From the NCBI GenBank assembly GCA_951406725.2, contig OX597816.1, positions 46,376,001-46,440,000 of the forward strand: a stretch of 64,000 bases of DNA, given 5' to 3'. How positions within the stretch are numbered: the stretch's first letter is position 1; each line of letters begins with the position of its first letter. The stretch is from Octopus vulgaris. Lineage: Eukaryota. The notes under the pieces are model-generated. The model saw only the letters and a list, made by a program, of their open reading frames with translations, ran no database searches and was not told where the DNA came from. Below, one piece after another: positions 37,893 through 51,920 of the stretch. The translations under genes and the position numbers were made by a program.

Positions 37893-38312
37893 TCTTTTCT
37901 ACTCTAAGCACAAGGCTTGAAATTTGGGGGGAGAGGCCAGTCGATTAGCTCGACCCCAATACACAACTGGTATTTAATTTATCGACCTCGAAAGGATGGA
38001 AGGCAAAGTCAACCTCGGCGGAATTTGAACTCAGAACGTAAAGACAGACGAAATATCGCTTAGCAAGCATTTCGCCCGACGTACTAACGTTTCTTATTTC
38101 TTTACTGAACACAAGGGGCTACACACAGAGGGGACAAACAAAGACGTCGATTATATTGACCCCAGTGCGTAACTGGTACTTATTTAATCGACCCCGAAAG
38201 GATGAAAGGCAAAGTCGACCTCGGCGGAATATGAACTCAGAACGTAGCGGCAGACGAAATACTGATAAGCATTTCGCCCGGCGTGCTAACGTTTCTGCCA
38301 TCTCGCCGCCTT
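37893..38312 (-). mobile_element. Family-B SINE dimer (young unit joined to older-tail unit)
   Basis: Junction TAACGTTTC|TTATTTCTTTA at ~38093, identical in type to the junction at ~19633. Confidence 0.9.
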
Positions 38313-38454
38313 AACACTCTAATAATAATGAATATGTACTGTATTATGTGTATATATATCTGGGCGCGTGTGTGTAGGGACATTCATTTGCATAAAAAAA
38401 AGGCTCAGTATTTAAATTTTACATGCATAATTACAACCTAGTTGTATTCCCAGA

Positions 38455-38634
38455 ATACACGCATACACACATAAATGCATCACATAGATCACACACACAT
38501 ACACACATATACACATATACATATAAGTATATGTGTATGTATGTGTGTGTGTATGTACGTATGTATGTATATATATATATTTATATATACATTTACATAT
38601 ATACATGTATATATGCATATATATATATATATAC

Positions 38635-38666
<32 letters not shown>

Positions 38667-38781
38667 GCATATATATACATATATATATATGCATATACAC
38701 ATATATATACACATACATATATACATATATATACACGTTTATATATATATACACTCATATATATATACATATATATATACA

Positions 38782-38843
<62 letters not shown>

Positions 38844-38936
38844 CATACATGCATACACACACATAATCAGCAAATAGGGAAAAAAACAACGAAATTTCAC
38901 GTCGTGCACTCTAAATATACTCTCTCTCTCTCTCTG

Positions 38937-39022
<86 letters not shown>

Positions 39023-39026
39023 GAGG
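38455..39026. repeat. Long (TA)n/(CA)n/(GA)n compound microsatellite
   Basis: Seen directly. Similar tracts lie at 40895-41195, 48711-49230, 62795-63015 and 63268-63500. Confidence 0.95.
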
Positions 39027-39467
39027 GAAGGAGTGTTAATGAAAGCATACAGATTTGCAAAATGCCCCGAAGGTTCAAAAAAATTACACAAAGCTTTGAA
39101 CTTTCTGGATTACATATTTAATGTCGAGAGAAAGAGACATAAGAGTATTAATGAACGAAATTATTGGTTATTGTTAGTTATTAACTTAATATCTCCACCT
39201 CTATTCTACTCGTGGCTGTCTTAGTTTTTAATTAATTCTGCTCCTGCTGTTTAGGTTTTTCGTCTTTTTAGTGTAGTATCCATATAGAGCAGTGACGTAA
39301 TAGCAGGGTGAACGAAGACAGCGTGTCTTATCATACACGTGTGCAGAGAACAACGAGCAGTGTTCGTTGTGAATATAATTAGGCGTATATACCATAATAT
39401 TTAGAGAAGTACGCCCCATAATTCTGAAGCCTCAAACTGATCGCGAGACCTTCTAGAAATAGCAGCG

Positions 39468-40201
39468 GGATCATTACCTTTTGAACGGCAGTTTTCAACA
39501 CAATTTCTAGTTAACTAAACATTTTAAAACTTCGTATACTGGTAGAATGTGTCAAAATAAAACATTTTTTTTTTCTTTTGGCTTTCTTGAGAAAATTGTA
39601 ATTTGTAAATTTAACGTGGTTTAATTTTTCGAATTTTAACCAATCCTATCGCCTCTATTGAGCTAAAATCATTTGCTGCGTCTAAAACTAAGACAACATC
39701 CTGACACTAACCCTAACTCTAACCCTAACCCACACCCGCACCCTAACCCTTACCCTAAATTTTAGCCTTTCGTTTTTTTTTTTCTTAATTGTTAAATTAA
39801 TTTAATTGTTACGCGTGTGTCTAAAATTATTCGTTTTGTTTTTGTCTTAAGTTTTTGCTTTCGTTTTAGCCTTTCGTTTTGTTTCTTAATTGTTATCCTT
39901 AAATTAATTTAACAATTAAGAAAAAAAAAAACGAAAGGCTAAAATTTAGGGTTAGGGTTAGGGCTAGTGACAGGATGTTGTCTGTTTTAGACGCAGCAAA
40001 TGATTTTAGCTCAATAGAGGCGATAGGATTGGTTAAAATTCGAAAAATTAAACTACGTTAAACTTACAAATTACAATTTTCTCAAGAAAGCCAAGAGAAA
40101 TTTTTTTTTTATTTTGACACATTCTACCAGTATACAAAGTTTAAAAGTGTTTAGTTAACTAGAAATTGTGTTGAAAACTGCCATTCAAAAGGAAAAGATC
40201 C
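39468..40201. mobile_element. Second foldback member of the GGATC MITE family (734 bp), 8-bp TSD
   Basis: Arms 39468-39803 and 39900-40201 are reverse complements. TSD TAGCAGCG at 39460-39467 and 40202-40209. CCCTAA/TTAGGG repeats in the arms. Confidence 0.92.
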
Positions 40202-40639
40202 TAGCAGCGAAATCTCACTCAAATTACACATCAGCTGTTTGAAAAATAGAAAAATATATAGATAGATAAATAAATAAAAGAATGATGTATTAGATAATAG
40301 TCGTTTGTAGTCAATGTCTGTATAAAAGACAGACTGATCATACTTGGAACGCCCTTAACATATGGCGGATATGAGGTTGGACAACAGTCTAACTGTGTAT
40401 TTGAATGAGATGCGCATAAATCGATAGCGTAAATAAAATCACTGTGAAGTTACTTAATCGATCATAGCTCAGTCATCTCAGTTTACAGCCCAATACTATT
40501 GACTGCAAAAGTACTTAACTCTGTAGAGAAATGCTTTCCAAATGGCGCGCTGCGAGCTGTAATTAAGGATACTGCGTGATGTAGCTAAGGTTACTACGAA
40601 ATGCTACTAGAGATACTGCGAGATGCAACTATGTATATA

Positions 40640-40871
40640 TATTTCTTTACTACCCACAAGGGGCTAAACACAGAGGGGACAAACAAGGACAGACAAACGG
40701 ATTAAGTCGATTACATCGACCCCAGTGCGTAACTGGTACTTAATTTATCGACCCCGAAAGGATGAAAGGCAAAGTCGACCTCGGCGGAATTTGAACTCAG
40801 AACGTAACGGCAGACGAAATACGGCTACGCATTTCGCCCGGCGCGCTAACGTTTCTGCCAGCTCGCCGCCT
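40640..40871 (-). mobile_element. Young SINE family B, full-length monomer
   Basis: TATTTCTTTACTACCCACAAGGGG ... CTGCCAGCTCGCCGCC. Confidence 0.92.
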
Positions 40872-40951
40872 TTAAAATTTTTCGTCCTGTACCCATATAT
40901 GCATATCTATATACATATATATGTATGTATATACATATATGTATGTATATA

Positions 40952-41014
<63 letters not shown>

Positions 41015-41084
41015 ATACATATGTATATGTATATGTATATATATATGTATATATATATATATGTATATATATATATGTATGTAT

Positions 41085-41199
<115 letters not shown>

Positions 41200-42444
41200 C
41201 CTACTGGTTCATTGTCAAAGAAAAAAAGGAAACTATAAATAATTCATGCAGTGACCCACATTCTCTCTTTGTTACTTGTGTGTGTATTAACAAAGGAAAG
41301 GGCGGTGGATTGGAAGAATAATTAGACCGTCAGTCGTTAGTTACGATCCTTGACGTTCTCAGTTCAAATCCGCCAAGGTCAGCTTTGCTTTCATCCTTTT
41401 AGGGTCGATAAAATAAAGTACCAGTTCATTTCTCAACTAGAGTTACTCGACCATTCTTTTCCCCCAAAGGGGTCGTCTTGTAGTTTTGTACCAATCTTAC
41501 AATGCTGTACATATAGGTTCGAGAACAAGGCTTAAAAGAGAATCGGTGGAGCACCAAAATTGATGCTTCATGTTATTTAGGCATGTTCACTTACGTTCTG
41601 AGTTCAAATCCTGCTGTGGTCAATTTGCTCTACGACCATTCAGTCACTGATAAATTTATGTAACAGCCAAGCTGTTGTTATTTAGCCCCAGGTAACCATT
41701 GAATAACACTCCAGTTTTGATCATTCCATCTTTTTATACTTTTTAAGGGCATGTATGTCTCCATTATCCAACACATTCTTTCCAAAACCAGATGTTATTA
41801 AGTTCGCCATGGAGTGTTGGTCGGCTTTTTTTTATCTTTTACTTTTTCAGTCATTAGACTGTGGCCATGCTGGGGCACCGCCTTGCAGAAACATTAGTCG
41901 AATGAATCGACCCCCACGAAAATAGTAAAATTTTATTTTAAAATAATGTGAAAAAAAGTGAAAATTGAAACTTTAAAAAAAAAGTTTTGATCAGTGCCAT
42001 TTTAAGAGAGGCGCCACAAGTGATGTGTCACCGATACTTAGGAGAACCATAAATAAAGGAGCGATTTCGTTATATTTCGTTGAAGGTACAAACCCATTTC
42101 TTCGATACAGTACTCTTTGGCCTATGAATACCTAAACATGACTTTGGTCTTGTTAATTGTGTTTCAATTTATTGTAGTGGCATTTCGTCCATCTTTACGT
42201 TCTGACTTCAAATTCCGTTGAGGCCGACTTTGCCTTTCATTATTTCGTGGTCGATAAAATAAGTACCAGTTGAGCACTTGGGCCGATCTAATCGACTGAT
42301 CCTCTCCTTGAAATTGCGGCCTTGTGTCATAATTCTGAAACCTGTTTTTTTTAATGAAGAATTACTTATTAATTACTTGAATGCTAAATAATGGCTTTGT
42401 TGGCTTAAATATATAAATATCTTTCTTTTATACTCTTTCCCCAT

Positions 42445-42477
42445 CTTTGGTAGACAGAAAGTGAAAGAAGCCCATCG

Positions 42478-42535
<58 letters not shown>

Positions 42536-42770
42536 GTCTGTATCTTTGTGCTTGTGTTGTATCCCCCCGCCACCGGCCACCTTTTTAACAACCGGTGTTG
42601 GTTTGTTTATGTTTCCGTAACTTAGCGGTTAGGTTAAAACGTTCGATAGCACAAGTACAAGACTTTCAAAATAAATGCCGGAATCGATTTGTTCGACTAA
42701 AACCCTTTAAGATGATGCCCCAGCATGACCGCTGCCCATTGACTGAAACAAGTAAAAGATAAAAGGTAAG
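42445..42770 (+). mobile_element. SINE family A, 5'-truncated and diverged
   Basis: TTTGGTAGACAGAAAGTGAAAGAAGCCC ... GACTGAAACAAGTAAAAGA. Confidence 0.8.
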
Positions 42771-43280
42771 AAGGTAAAAACAATTAAGTACACGAAAATA
42801 TTTTCATTTTCATTTTATTTAGCACACAAAGAACAAAAAAAAACAGTTTGGATAATATTGCTCTCTAACATAGCACACCTTAGTGAAAATATGTAGCACA
42901 CGCAAGTGTAGGTCACCGAAATTCACAGGGGAAAAAAACTATATATATATATAATTGGTGGGTATATGTCAGTCTCCTTTTGTGCTGTCACTAGCTCAGT
43001 TATTTCGTTTTGTTGTGACACGCTAAAAATATGATATACTGTGAAAAAAAAATTTTAAAACCCTGCTGCTTTATTGTCAAATGGAGCTATAAATAATGCA
43101 GTGACCCGTATTATTTCCTTGTCACTTATATGTGTATAAATACAGTAAGGGTGTTGGGTTGTCAGAATAATAAAACGTAGGAAAACTTGCCTTACTGTAT
43201 TTACTTATAGTCCTTGACGTTCTTAGTTCAAAACCGACAAGGTCAACATTGCTTTCATCATTTCAGGGTGGATAAAATAA

Positions 43281-43599
43281 AAACGATAAACGTCGCCCTT
43301 TTCAAGCCTAGCCAGGCTCACGTGCCCGGTTTTCCGGTTTCTGTGGCGTATGTGTTCCTCCCAGGTGGACGGGATGCCAGTCCATCGCAGCGTTACTCAA
43401 ATAACAGGAAGAGAGAGTGAGAGAAAGTTGGGGCGAAAGAGTACAACAGGGGTCACCGTCACCCCCTGCCGGAGCCTCGTGGAGCTTTTTTTATGTGTTT
43501 TCGCACAATAAACACACACAACGCCCAGTCTGGGAATCGAAACCGCGATCCTCCAACCGCGAGTCCGCTGCCCTAACCACTGGGCCATTGCGCCTCCAC
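43281..43599 (-). mobile_element. SINE family C (tail type 2) with 11-bp TSD, nested in an old family-B copy
   Basis: TSD GGATAAAATAA at 43270-43280 and 43600-43610. Confidence 0.9.
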
Positions 43600-43707
43600 G
43601 GATAAAATAACAGTACCAGTTAATTCCTGGAGGGGATTTTTTCTATTACGCATTCTATAAAAGGTGTGGTCCTATGCCAGTCTTAGAAATCAATATGTGT
43701 GGGTTGG

Positions 43708-43922
43708 AAGGCGGTGAGCTGGCACAATCGTTAGCACGCCGGCAAAAATGCTTAGCGGCATTTCGTCCATCTTTACGTTCTGAGTTCAAATTCCGCCGAG
43801 GTCGACTTTGCCTTTTATGCTTTCGGAGTCGATAAAATAGGTACCAGATGAGTACGGGGGACGATGTAATCGACTTATCCCCTCCCTCGAAATTGGTAGT
43901 CTTGTGCCAAAATTTGAAACCA
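43708..43922 (+). mobile_element. SINE family B, older tail type
   Basis: GGCGGTGAGCTGGCAC ... CTTGTGCCAAAATTTGAAACC. Confidence 0.85.
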
Positions 43923-44321
43923 ATATATAGGTTCGAGGGTGAGGCTTATGACAGGATCGATAGGACATTGAAATTCACGCCTTGTAGTATCTTAGTTATA
44001 ATATGTTGCGTTCTGCGTTCAAATCTTGTCTAGAACAATTTCACATCTCTTTCAGAGATCGATAAAATAATGCACCAAGTTGTTGCTGTTTTAACTCCAA
44101 GTCAACATTGATCGCAAAAACCTTCCAGTTTTGATGAGCCCGCCTTTTAATATACATGGCTGTGTGGCTAAGAGGCTCGCTTTGCAGCTACGTGATTCGC
44201 GTTCAGTTCCATTGCGCGGCACATTTTTTTTCTGGAAAGTTTTTTCTGGTATAGCCCCGGACTGACTAATGAGTGAAGTTGGTTGACGGAAACGGTGTAG
44301 AAGCCAGTCGTATACATACAA

Positions 44322-44380
<59 letters not shown>

Positions 44381-45283
44381 GTGAACAAGGGAGACGGTGA
44401 CGCTCTTGTAATCCCAAGGTGTAACCGCATCTGTAAGCTTATGTCATGTTTCTGTGGAAGACATCACGCATGTGATTAGCAGCTGTCCTAAAATGTCATC
44501 ACGGTACTACCTCCCTATGCGGCACGATGTTGTCGCTAAAACAATTTACAATGTCATCTGCAAAAAGGACTGTTCTTAAATAAACTTAGAAAAAAATCCC
44601 TCTGTTATGGAATACATTCATTAACACCAACTCAAGGAATATTAGTGGAATATTCCCATCAAAACTTCTGTCAAATGTAAACATAACAAGCCGGATATTG
44701 TTGTTTGGGATAGAGGTTAACTGCCTTGCAAATATAAATATCTCTTTGAAAATCAAAGAAAAAGAGGATATCTATAGACAACTGCTTCGAAACCTCCAGC
44801 TTCTATATCCAGACTATGAATTCTTATTCATATCAACGGTAATTGGAGCACTAGGTTCTGTTAGTAAATGATTAAAAGAAAAATCTGGTTAAACTGGGAC
44901 TTTCAGAAAGGGAAATCGACCGGCTAATTTGTACATTACAAGTGCAATCAGTGAATGGAACAGTAAGAATATGCAAGACTTTTCTCAAGTTCCAAATGTG
45001 AATTTGTCTGTGTAAACTACTTCCCAAAAATGGAGCCTTGCATCTTTGTTGGAAACTGGCTCCCTCCTCAGTGGAAGATTTATAATAATTAAAAAATAGA
45101 AGGCATACGTGCGTACATATATACATAAATTTTGAAATTAAATTGAAAAATGACATACATATATACATACAAACAAAAATACCCTGTTGTTGATGTTGAA
45201 ATTCCAATGAAGGAGCCTTGGATCTAGGTTCGAAACCGGCTCTCTCTATTGGCAAGGAATCTTGAAATAAAACTGAACAATGA
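44381..45283 (+). pseudogene. 3' end of an R4/Dong-like non-LTR retrotransposon (CCHC knuckle plus restriction-like endonuclease) and 3' UTR
   Basis: CKLCHVSVEDITHVISSC (CX2CX8HX4C), YLPMRHDVVAK, HNKPDIVVWDR, KEKEDIY and VIGALG. Flanked by CA/CATA microsatellite on both sides. Confidence 0.85.
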
Positions 45284-45829
45284 CATACATACGTACATAC
45301 ACACACATACATATATGTATGTCTATGTGTGTGTGTGTGTATATATATGTGTGTGTGTGTGTGAAACGGTGGCGGAGGAAAAGAACAAACACAATGACAC
45401 ACATGCTTCAGCAAGTAGAAAGGCACTCGATCAGTTCAGATAGTAATGATAATCTTAAGTTAAAAACCACTAATCTTGCAAATAGCTACCCAGGATTTCC
45501 TGGTCGAAATGATAATTTATTCAAGCTGAAAGCAAGACCGTTTGTCAGTTGATTTATTGAATAGTTAACGTTTAAACAAAAGGCGCTTGTAAAGAAGTCA
45601 ATAAGTAAAAAGGTAAGGGAGATAACCCATCTTACAGTAATTCGATGTCAAGTAGACGTAAACCACGTGTTAATAGTTTATTAAGCGTCCAGTGGTCTAC
45701 TTTTAAATTCGGACAAGATGTATTCTTTGAAATGTGGGCATATGGGGCACTCGAGTAGAGATAATACCTTAATTTTCGGCGGCAGTAGCATCGTTAAGGA
45801 TGGACGTGTATACTGACTTACACCTAACT

Positions 45830-46300
45830 CACACTTTTGGGTCCGAGACCATTCTCAGTCATACTCTCTTACTGTTGACATGGAGTGAAGAATCCAGGCA
45901 TTTGAACACAAGTGCTTTAGTAGTCTGTTACACATTCCGTACTCAGAGCACAAAAGGAACAACTTTGTTTGGCAGCAAGTTCAACGAATACGCTGGCAGA
46001 CAAGAACCGCTCAATGTAAAAAAAGAGGAAATCTTGCCTGGTGCAGTCATTGTATCTCGTCTCAACTTCCTGTTCAAAACCATTCTTCAGGACACGGTCG
46101 ACAAAGGGCGAAAGAGAGGCAAACGGAGAAAATCCTGGATTGACAACGTCAAGGACTGGACAGGCCACAGCACAGCGAACTTGTTATGCATGATAGCGAA
46201 CTGAGACCATTGGCGACGGATGCTGACAATGAAAGCGTCTAGGGTGGTATCCCAACGCCTCGCTGCATCAGTTAAAGGATCTTGATGATGATGATGATGA
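45830..46300 (+). pseudogene. 3' end of an RTE-clade LINE
   Basis: GSET, RIQAFEHKC..LLHIPYSEHKRN and KTILQDTVDKGRKRGKRRKSWIDNVKDWTG, ending in a (GAT)n tail at 46284-46300. Confidence 0.88.
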
Positions 46301-46348
46301 TATGTGTGTGCCCGCGCGTGTGTGTATGTATGTATGTATGTATGTATG

Positions 46349-46502
46349 TAGTGGCTGTGTGGTAAGTAGCTTGCTTACCAACCACATGGCTCCGGGTTCA
46401 TTCCCACTGCGTGACACCTTGGGCAAGTGTCTTCTAATATTGCCTCGGGCCGACCAAAGCCCTTTGAGTGGATTTGGTAGACGGAACCTGAAAAGAAGCC
46501 CG

Positions 46503-46570
<68 letters not shown>

Positions 46571-46795
46571 ATATGTATGTATGTATATATGTGTGTGTGT
46601 CTGTGTTTGTCCCCCCCAACTTTGCTTGACAACCGATGCTGGTGTGTTTACGTCCCCGTAACTTTGCGGTTCGGCAAAAGAGACCGATAGAATAAGTACT
46701 AGGCTTCCAAAGAATAAGTCCTGGGGTCGATTTGCTCGACTAAAAGCGGTGCTCCAGCATGGTCGCAGTCAAATGACTGAAACAAGTAAAAGAGT
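46349..46795 (+). mobile_element. SINE family A
   Basis: GTGGCTGTGTGGTAAG head to GTAAAAGAGT tail. Confidence 0.92.
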
Positions 46796-47437
46796 ATGTA
46801 TGTATGTATGTATGTAGAGGAGCTCAAAATCCACGGCTTATAAAAATGCAGTTGATGCAAAAACTGAAGCCATCAGATCGCAATTCGCAGTTAGACTCCG
46901 TGACTTTTGGGCCATCCATTAATAACGCGTGGCATCGTCGATCAGGGATGGCTAAGACTAAACAAAACCACCAGGAGCGAAAGCACATTCGTAATATTTT
47001 AACTCTTGTGTGATATTTTAAACGTCGTCGTCGCCATCTTTGTTATTCCACAGGGTCAATAAAATATCAGTGGTTATTGTTGTTTATTCCCAGTATGCCT
47101 CTGATCCAAATGATCTACGATCAAAGACTTTCCAGCCTTGACCTTCCTGCATTATACTGATATCTAAAACAACATTATTGGCAATCTTTCGGGAAAGTCT
47201 ATAACGTCATGAATGAACCTGCTTGCCAGAGCTGAACAGCCAAACACACACTCGCACGCACTCTCACTGACGTCATATACTATTACCGAAACATTGCCAC
47301 ATTACTTAATGTAGGGGTATTAATCTCGTTTGGCTTAGCTGGCATATGCTAGATCTCGCGAATACGATAGGGACAATTATCCTAAATACTGCATTCACAA
47401 TGTAAGTCAAAGTAAATGGACAATGGGGGCGATATGA

Positions 47438-47630
47438 AGGCGGCGAGCAAGCGGAATCGTTAGCACGCCGTGCAAAATGCTTAGCGGCATTTCGTCCGTC
47501 TTTACGTTCTGAATTCAAATTCCGTCAGGGTCGACTTTGCCTTTCATCCTTTCGGGGGCGATCAAATAAGTACAAGTTGAGCACTGGGGTCGATGTAAAT
47601 TGCTGGTCTTGTGCCAAAATGTGAAACCAG
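47438..47630 (+). mobile_element. SINE family B, older tail type
   Basis: GGCGGCGAGC ... CTTGTGCCAAAATGTGAAACC. Confidence 0.85.
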
Positions 47631-48306
47631 TGTTCTGTCAAGTATATATCGTTAAGTCGGTCTCACGGCTCGGCTAGATACTCCAGCTGTACACAATTTG
47701 AGAACCATTAGCTTGAGAGTGATATGGCTGCTATTTCCAGGAGGTCGATTGACCATATAGGAGCACACTCGAACTACCGGTTTATAATTCTGGGATAGAT
47801 TTAATCGATTAATAACTATTCTTTAAATTTATTTGTACTACTGTTACAAATCCTTATCATTATTATCAAACATCGTTTTATTCATTTTTTTTGTTGATTT
47901 TTTTGTAAATACGCTAATGATTTCGTTTATTGATTACACTTAATTGATTTTTCAGTTTTTAACCCTGTTACTCGTCTCACATCCAATTAGTCATGCTTGC
48001 ATAAATAATGTAAACCCTTTGTCAGTATTGATACATGACCTATATAACCGATATATGACCTACATAACCAATACATGATCGAACGTCATATACATAGGCC
48101 GCTCTTCTTTTTCTTTTTCTGCTTCTTCAGACAATGTAGATTCAAAAGAAAACAAAGCTCGGTTTACCAGCTGCCGATCGGAAACAAGCAACTCGGATTG
48201 CTGGAAACCGGAGCCATTCAGTTATAATGTATTAAGGAATACTCTACATCTGTATTGAGTTTTGTCGTTTATCGCTTCTGGTTAATCAATATATATAATG
48301 TATATA

Positions 48307-48376
<70 letters not shown>

Positions 48377-48392
48377 GTGTGTGTGTGTTTTG

Positions 48393-48710
48393 TTTTCGCC
48401 CTTATCAAGCCTAGCCAGGCTCATGGGCCCGGTGTCCCAGTTTCTGTGGCGTATATGTTCCCCCCCCCCACCACCATCTGGACGGGACACCAGTCCATCG
48501 CAGCGTTACTCAAGAAACGGGAAGAGAGGGTGAGAGAAAGTTGTGGCGAAAGAGTACAACAGGGGGTCACTACCACCCCCTGCTGGAGCCTCATGGAGCT
48601 TTTAGGTGTTTTCGCTCAATAAACACGCACAACGCCCGGTTTGGGAATCGAAACCGCGATCTTCCGACCGCGAGTCCGCTACCCTAACCACTGGGCCATT
48701 GTGCCTCCAC
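48393..48710 (-). mobile_element. SINE family C (tail type 2)
   Basis: Closely matches 43281-43599. Confidence 0.9.
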
Positions 48711-48755
48711 GTACACACACACATATATACATACACATATATGTATATATACATG

Positions 48756-48813
<58 letters not shown>

Positions 48814-48873
48814 TATACATACATATATATATACATATACATGTGTACATATACATACATATATATATATATA

Positions 48874-48919
<46 letters not shown>

Positions 48920-49027
48920 TATGTATATGTATATATGTATATGTGTTGCTTATCCGTCTTTACGCTCTGAACTCAGATTCCACCGAGATCGACTTTGCCT
49001 TTCATCCTTTCGGGTTCGATAAAATAA

Positions 49028-49086
<59 letters not shown>

Positions 49087-49109
49087 GTGTATATATACAT
49101 ATATATATA

Positions 49110-49172
<63 letters not shown>

Positions 49173-49433
49173 ATACATACATATATATATATGTATACGT
49201 ATTTATATACACACACACACACATATTTATATGGGACTGAACACGACATCCGGTGGGACTGAGTATGGAACCTGGTATTGGAAATACAGCTTAAAACTTA
49301 TTTCCCATAGTGCTGCATTTTAAATGTAATTTTCTACTCGATCATCTTCCACGATCAGTTTAAGAGCAAAACAGACGTAAGACCCATGCTTCAACTTGTA
49401 TATTATTCTTTATATTATTGGCACATCTAATGC

Positions 49434-50345
49434 TGCGAGCTGGCAGAAACGTTAGCGCGCCTGACAAAATGCTTAGCGGCATTTCATCCGTCTTTACGCT
49501 CTGAACTCAGATTCCACCGAGATCGACTTTGCCTTTCATCCTTTCGGGTTCGATAAAATAAGTATCTGTTTCTTTATTGCCCACAAGGGGCTAAACATAG
49601 AGGGGACAAACAAGGACAGACAAACGGATTAAGTCGATTACATCGACCCCAGTGCGTAACTGGTACTTAATTTATCGACCCCGAAAGGATGAAAGGCAAA
49701 GTCGACCTCGGCGGAATTTGAACTCAGAACGCAACGACAGACGCAATACCGCTAAGCATTTCGCCCGGTGTGCTAACGTTTCTGCCAGCTCGCCGCTTTG
49801 TACTTAGGTCGTTGTAATCGATTATTACCCCACCCCACACCCCACACCCCACCCAATTTCAGGCCTTGTGCTTATAGAAGTATTAGCGCATCTAAAGGAG
49901 TAAACTGGCAGAATTGTTAGTGCGTCAGACAAAATGCTGAGCGTCATCTCTACCAGCGCTTTACGTTCTGAGTTCAAATCTCACGAATGTTCAGCCTTTC
50001 GATATCGATAAAATAAAGAACCAGTCATGAACTGGGATCGATATAAGTGGCTAGCTCCCTCTTTTCGTAATTGCTAGCTTTGCACTGAATTTAGAAAGAA
50101 TTATTGGTATATCTACGGTGATGGATTAACGGAATCCTTAGAGCGTCGGACAAAATGCCTTGTAGTATTTAGTTGCGTTGCTTTACGCTTTGGGTTCAAA
50201 TCCTATTGAGGCCCAACTCTGCCTTCCAACTTTTCGGGTTGTTATAAAGTAGGATAATAGTTATACCAGTACTGAAGTCGGTAGTATCCAGGAACCTCCC
50301 CTTCCCTCAAAACTACTGGCCTTGTAAACTAAACTTGAAACATTT
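49434..50345. mobile_element. Cluster of family-B SINEs: young minus-strand copy (49568-49797) nested in an old plus-strand copy, plus two further degraded copies
   Basis: The old copy breaks at ...AAAATAAGTATC and resumes at ~49799. Degraded heads lie at ~49897 and ~50120. Confidence 0.8.
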
Positions 50346-51042
50346 ATTGGCACATGTGAATTTGGTAGTGGAATATTATGACGGCTGAACGTCTACAGAA
50401 AAGATACACTGGACTTACCCCATACTGCTTTCCCCGGATAAACATTACACCACCATTTAAAGAAGTGTGATTACGAAATATCAGAAGCGTGTCCTAAGTC
50501 TATAGGGTGTCTACAGCTCACAAACCAGCAGAAGAATTTCTGTTTAATATAGCAACATGAATTTCCCTAAATGAACCGCATGCTGTAATTCAAATGGAGA
50601 CGTCTACGTACTTTTTTATACCCTGAAATATAACATGTACAGAAATACATACAAGATATTGATCAAACGCTAATATTCCACCCGACTAACAGCTCTGACA
50701 TTGAGATGCTGGATCTGAGTTTTGTTATTAAGTGCTCCATCAGCTTATATTTCAAATAGATTGATTGACTGAGTGGTGCTTCCCTACCTTCGTACGATGT
50801 TTTTTTTTTTATTTATTCATTCGCTATTTATTTTGTGCGGAAGAGTATTTTTCTTTCTTATGTCACGTGTAAAATTGAAAAGAAAAAAGAAAAAAAGAAA
50901 AACTGATATTATTGCGTTCATCTCTGATGATTATTTACTACATCCCCACACAAGAAACATTGTTGACCAAAGAAAAACAAGAAACATTGTCCGAATAATA
51001 TTTTAGCATGTATTAATTAATATATTTATTTTGTAATTATTT

Positions 51043-51254
<212 letters not shown>

Positions 51255-51683
51255 GCTCGTTATATTTTCTGAAAAGGGACAGTCGGGTTCTATTTATAAA
51301 ACATGAAGAGATAAAACAAACCCCGACTGTAGAAATTAATACGGTGAGTATTTATATTTCTCCATATGTTGTTATGGTGATTAATTAACGACTTCCGTGG
51401 GTAGCGGTAGTTGCTGTTGTTTCTGTTGTTGCTGTTGCTGCTATTGCCGCCCCGCCGCCGCCGATGTCGCTGCTGCTGCTGTTGAGCAGGCGGCATTTAC
51501 CTTGTGTGAGAAACCAAACAATAACAGTAGTAATGTGAGAGGAGTAAACGATGTTTGGCTTTCCTTTTTTTTTTTTTTTGTTTTCCTTTCATCTCTTGCC
51601 TTTCTAAATAGCCTACATTTCTAGTCCCTACGTCGATTTCTATCTAGTACAGACACACTCACACACGCGCGCGCACACGCACA

Positions 51684-51722
<39 letters not shown>

Positions 51723-51824
51723 GGCACGCGCCGTGACTAAATTATTCAGGGTAGCAGTAGACATTTGTAAAGTAAATTGTCGACAAGTCTTTATCACTAG
51801 GAAACGATATGCATACATATGCAT

Positions 51825-51917
<93 letters not shown>

Positions 51918-51920
<3 letters not shown>

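Noticed and set aside
38412-39224. Long ORFs up to 249 aa (YIYI/THTH/CVCV-rich), here and throughout the track
   Set aside because: They are translations of stop-free dinucleotide microsatellites, not genes.
39708-39963. TTAGGG/CCCTAA inverted arrangement as a chromosome-fusion scar
   Set aside because: The repeats are short and lie inside a TSD-flanked transposon, so no fusion is implied.
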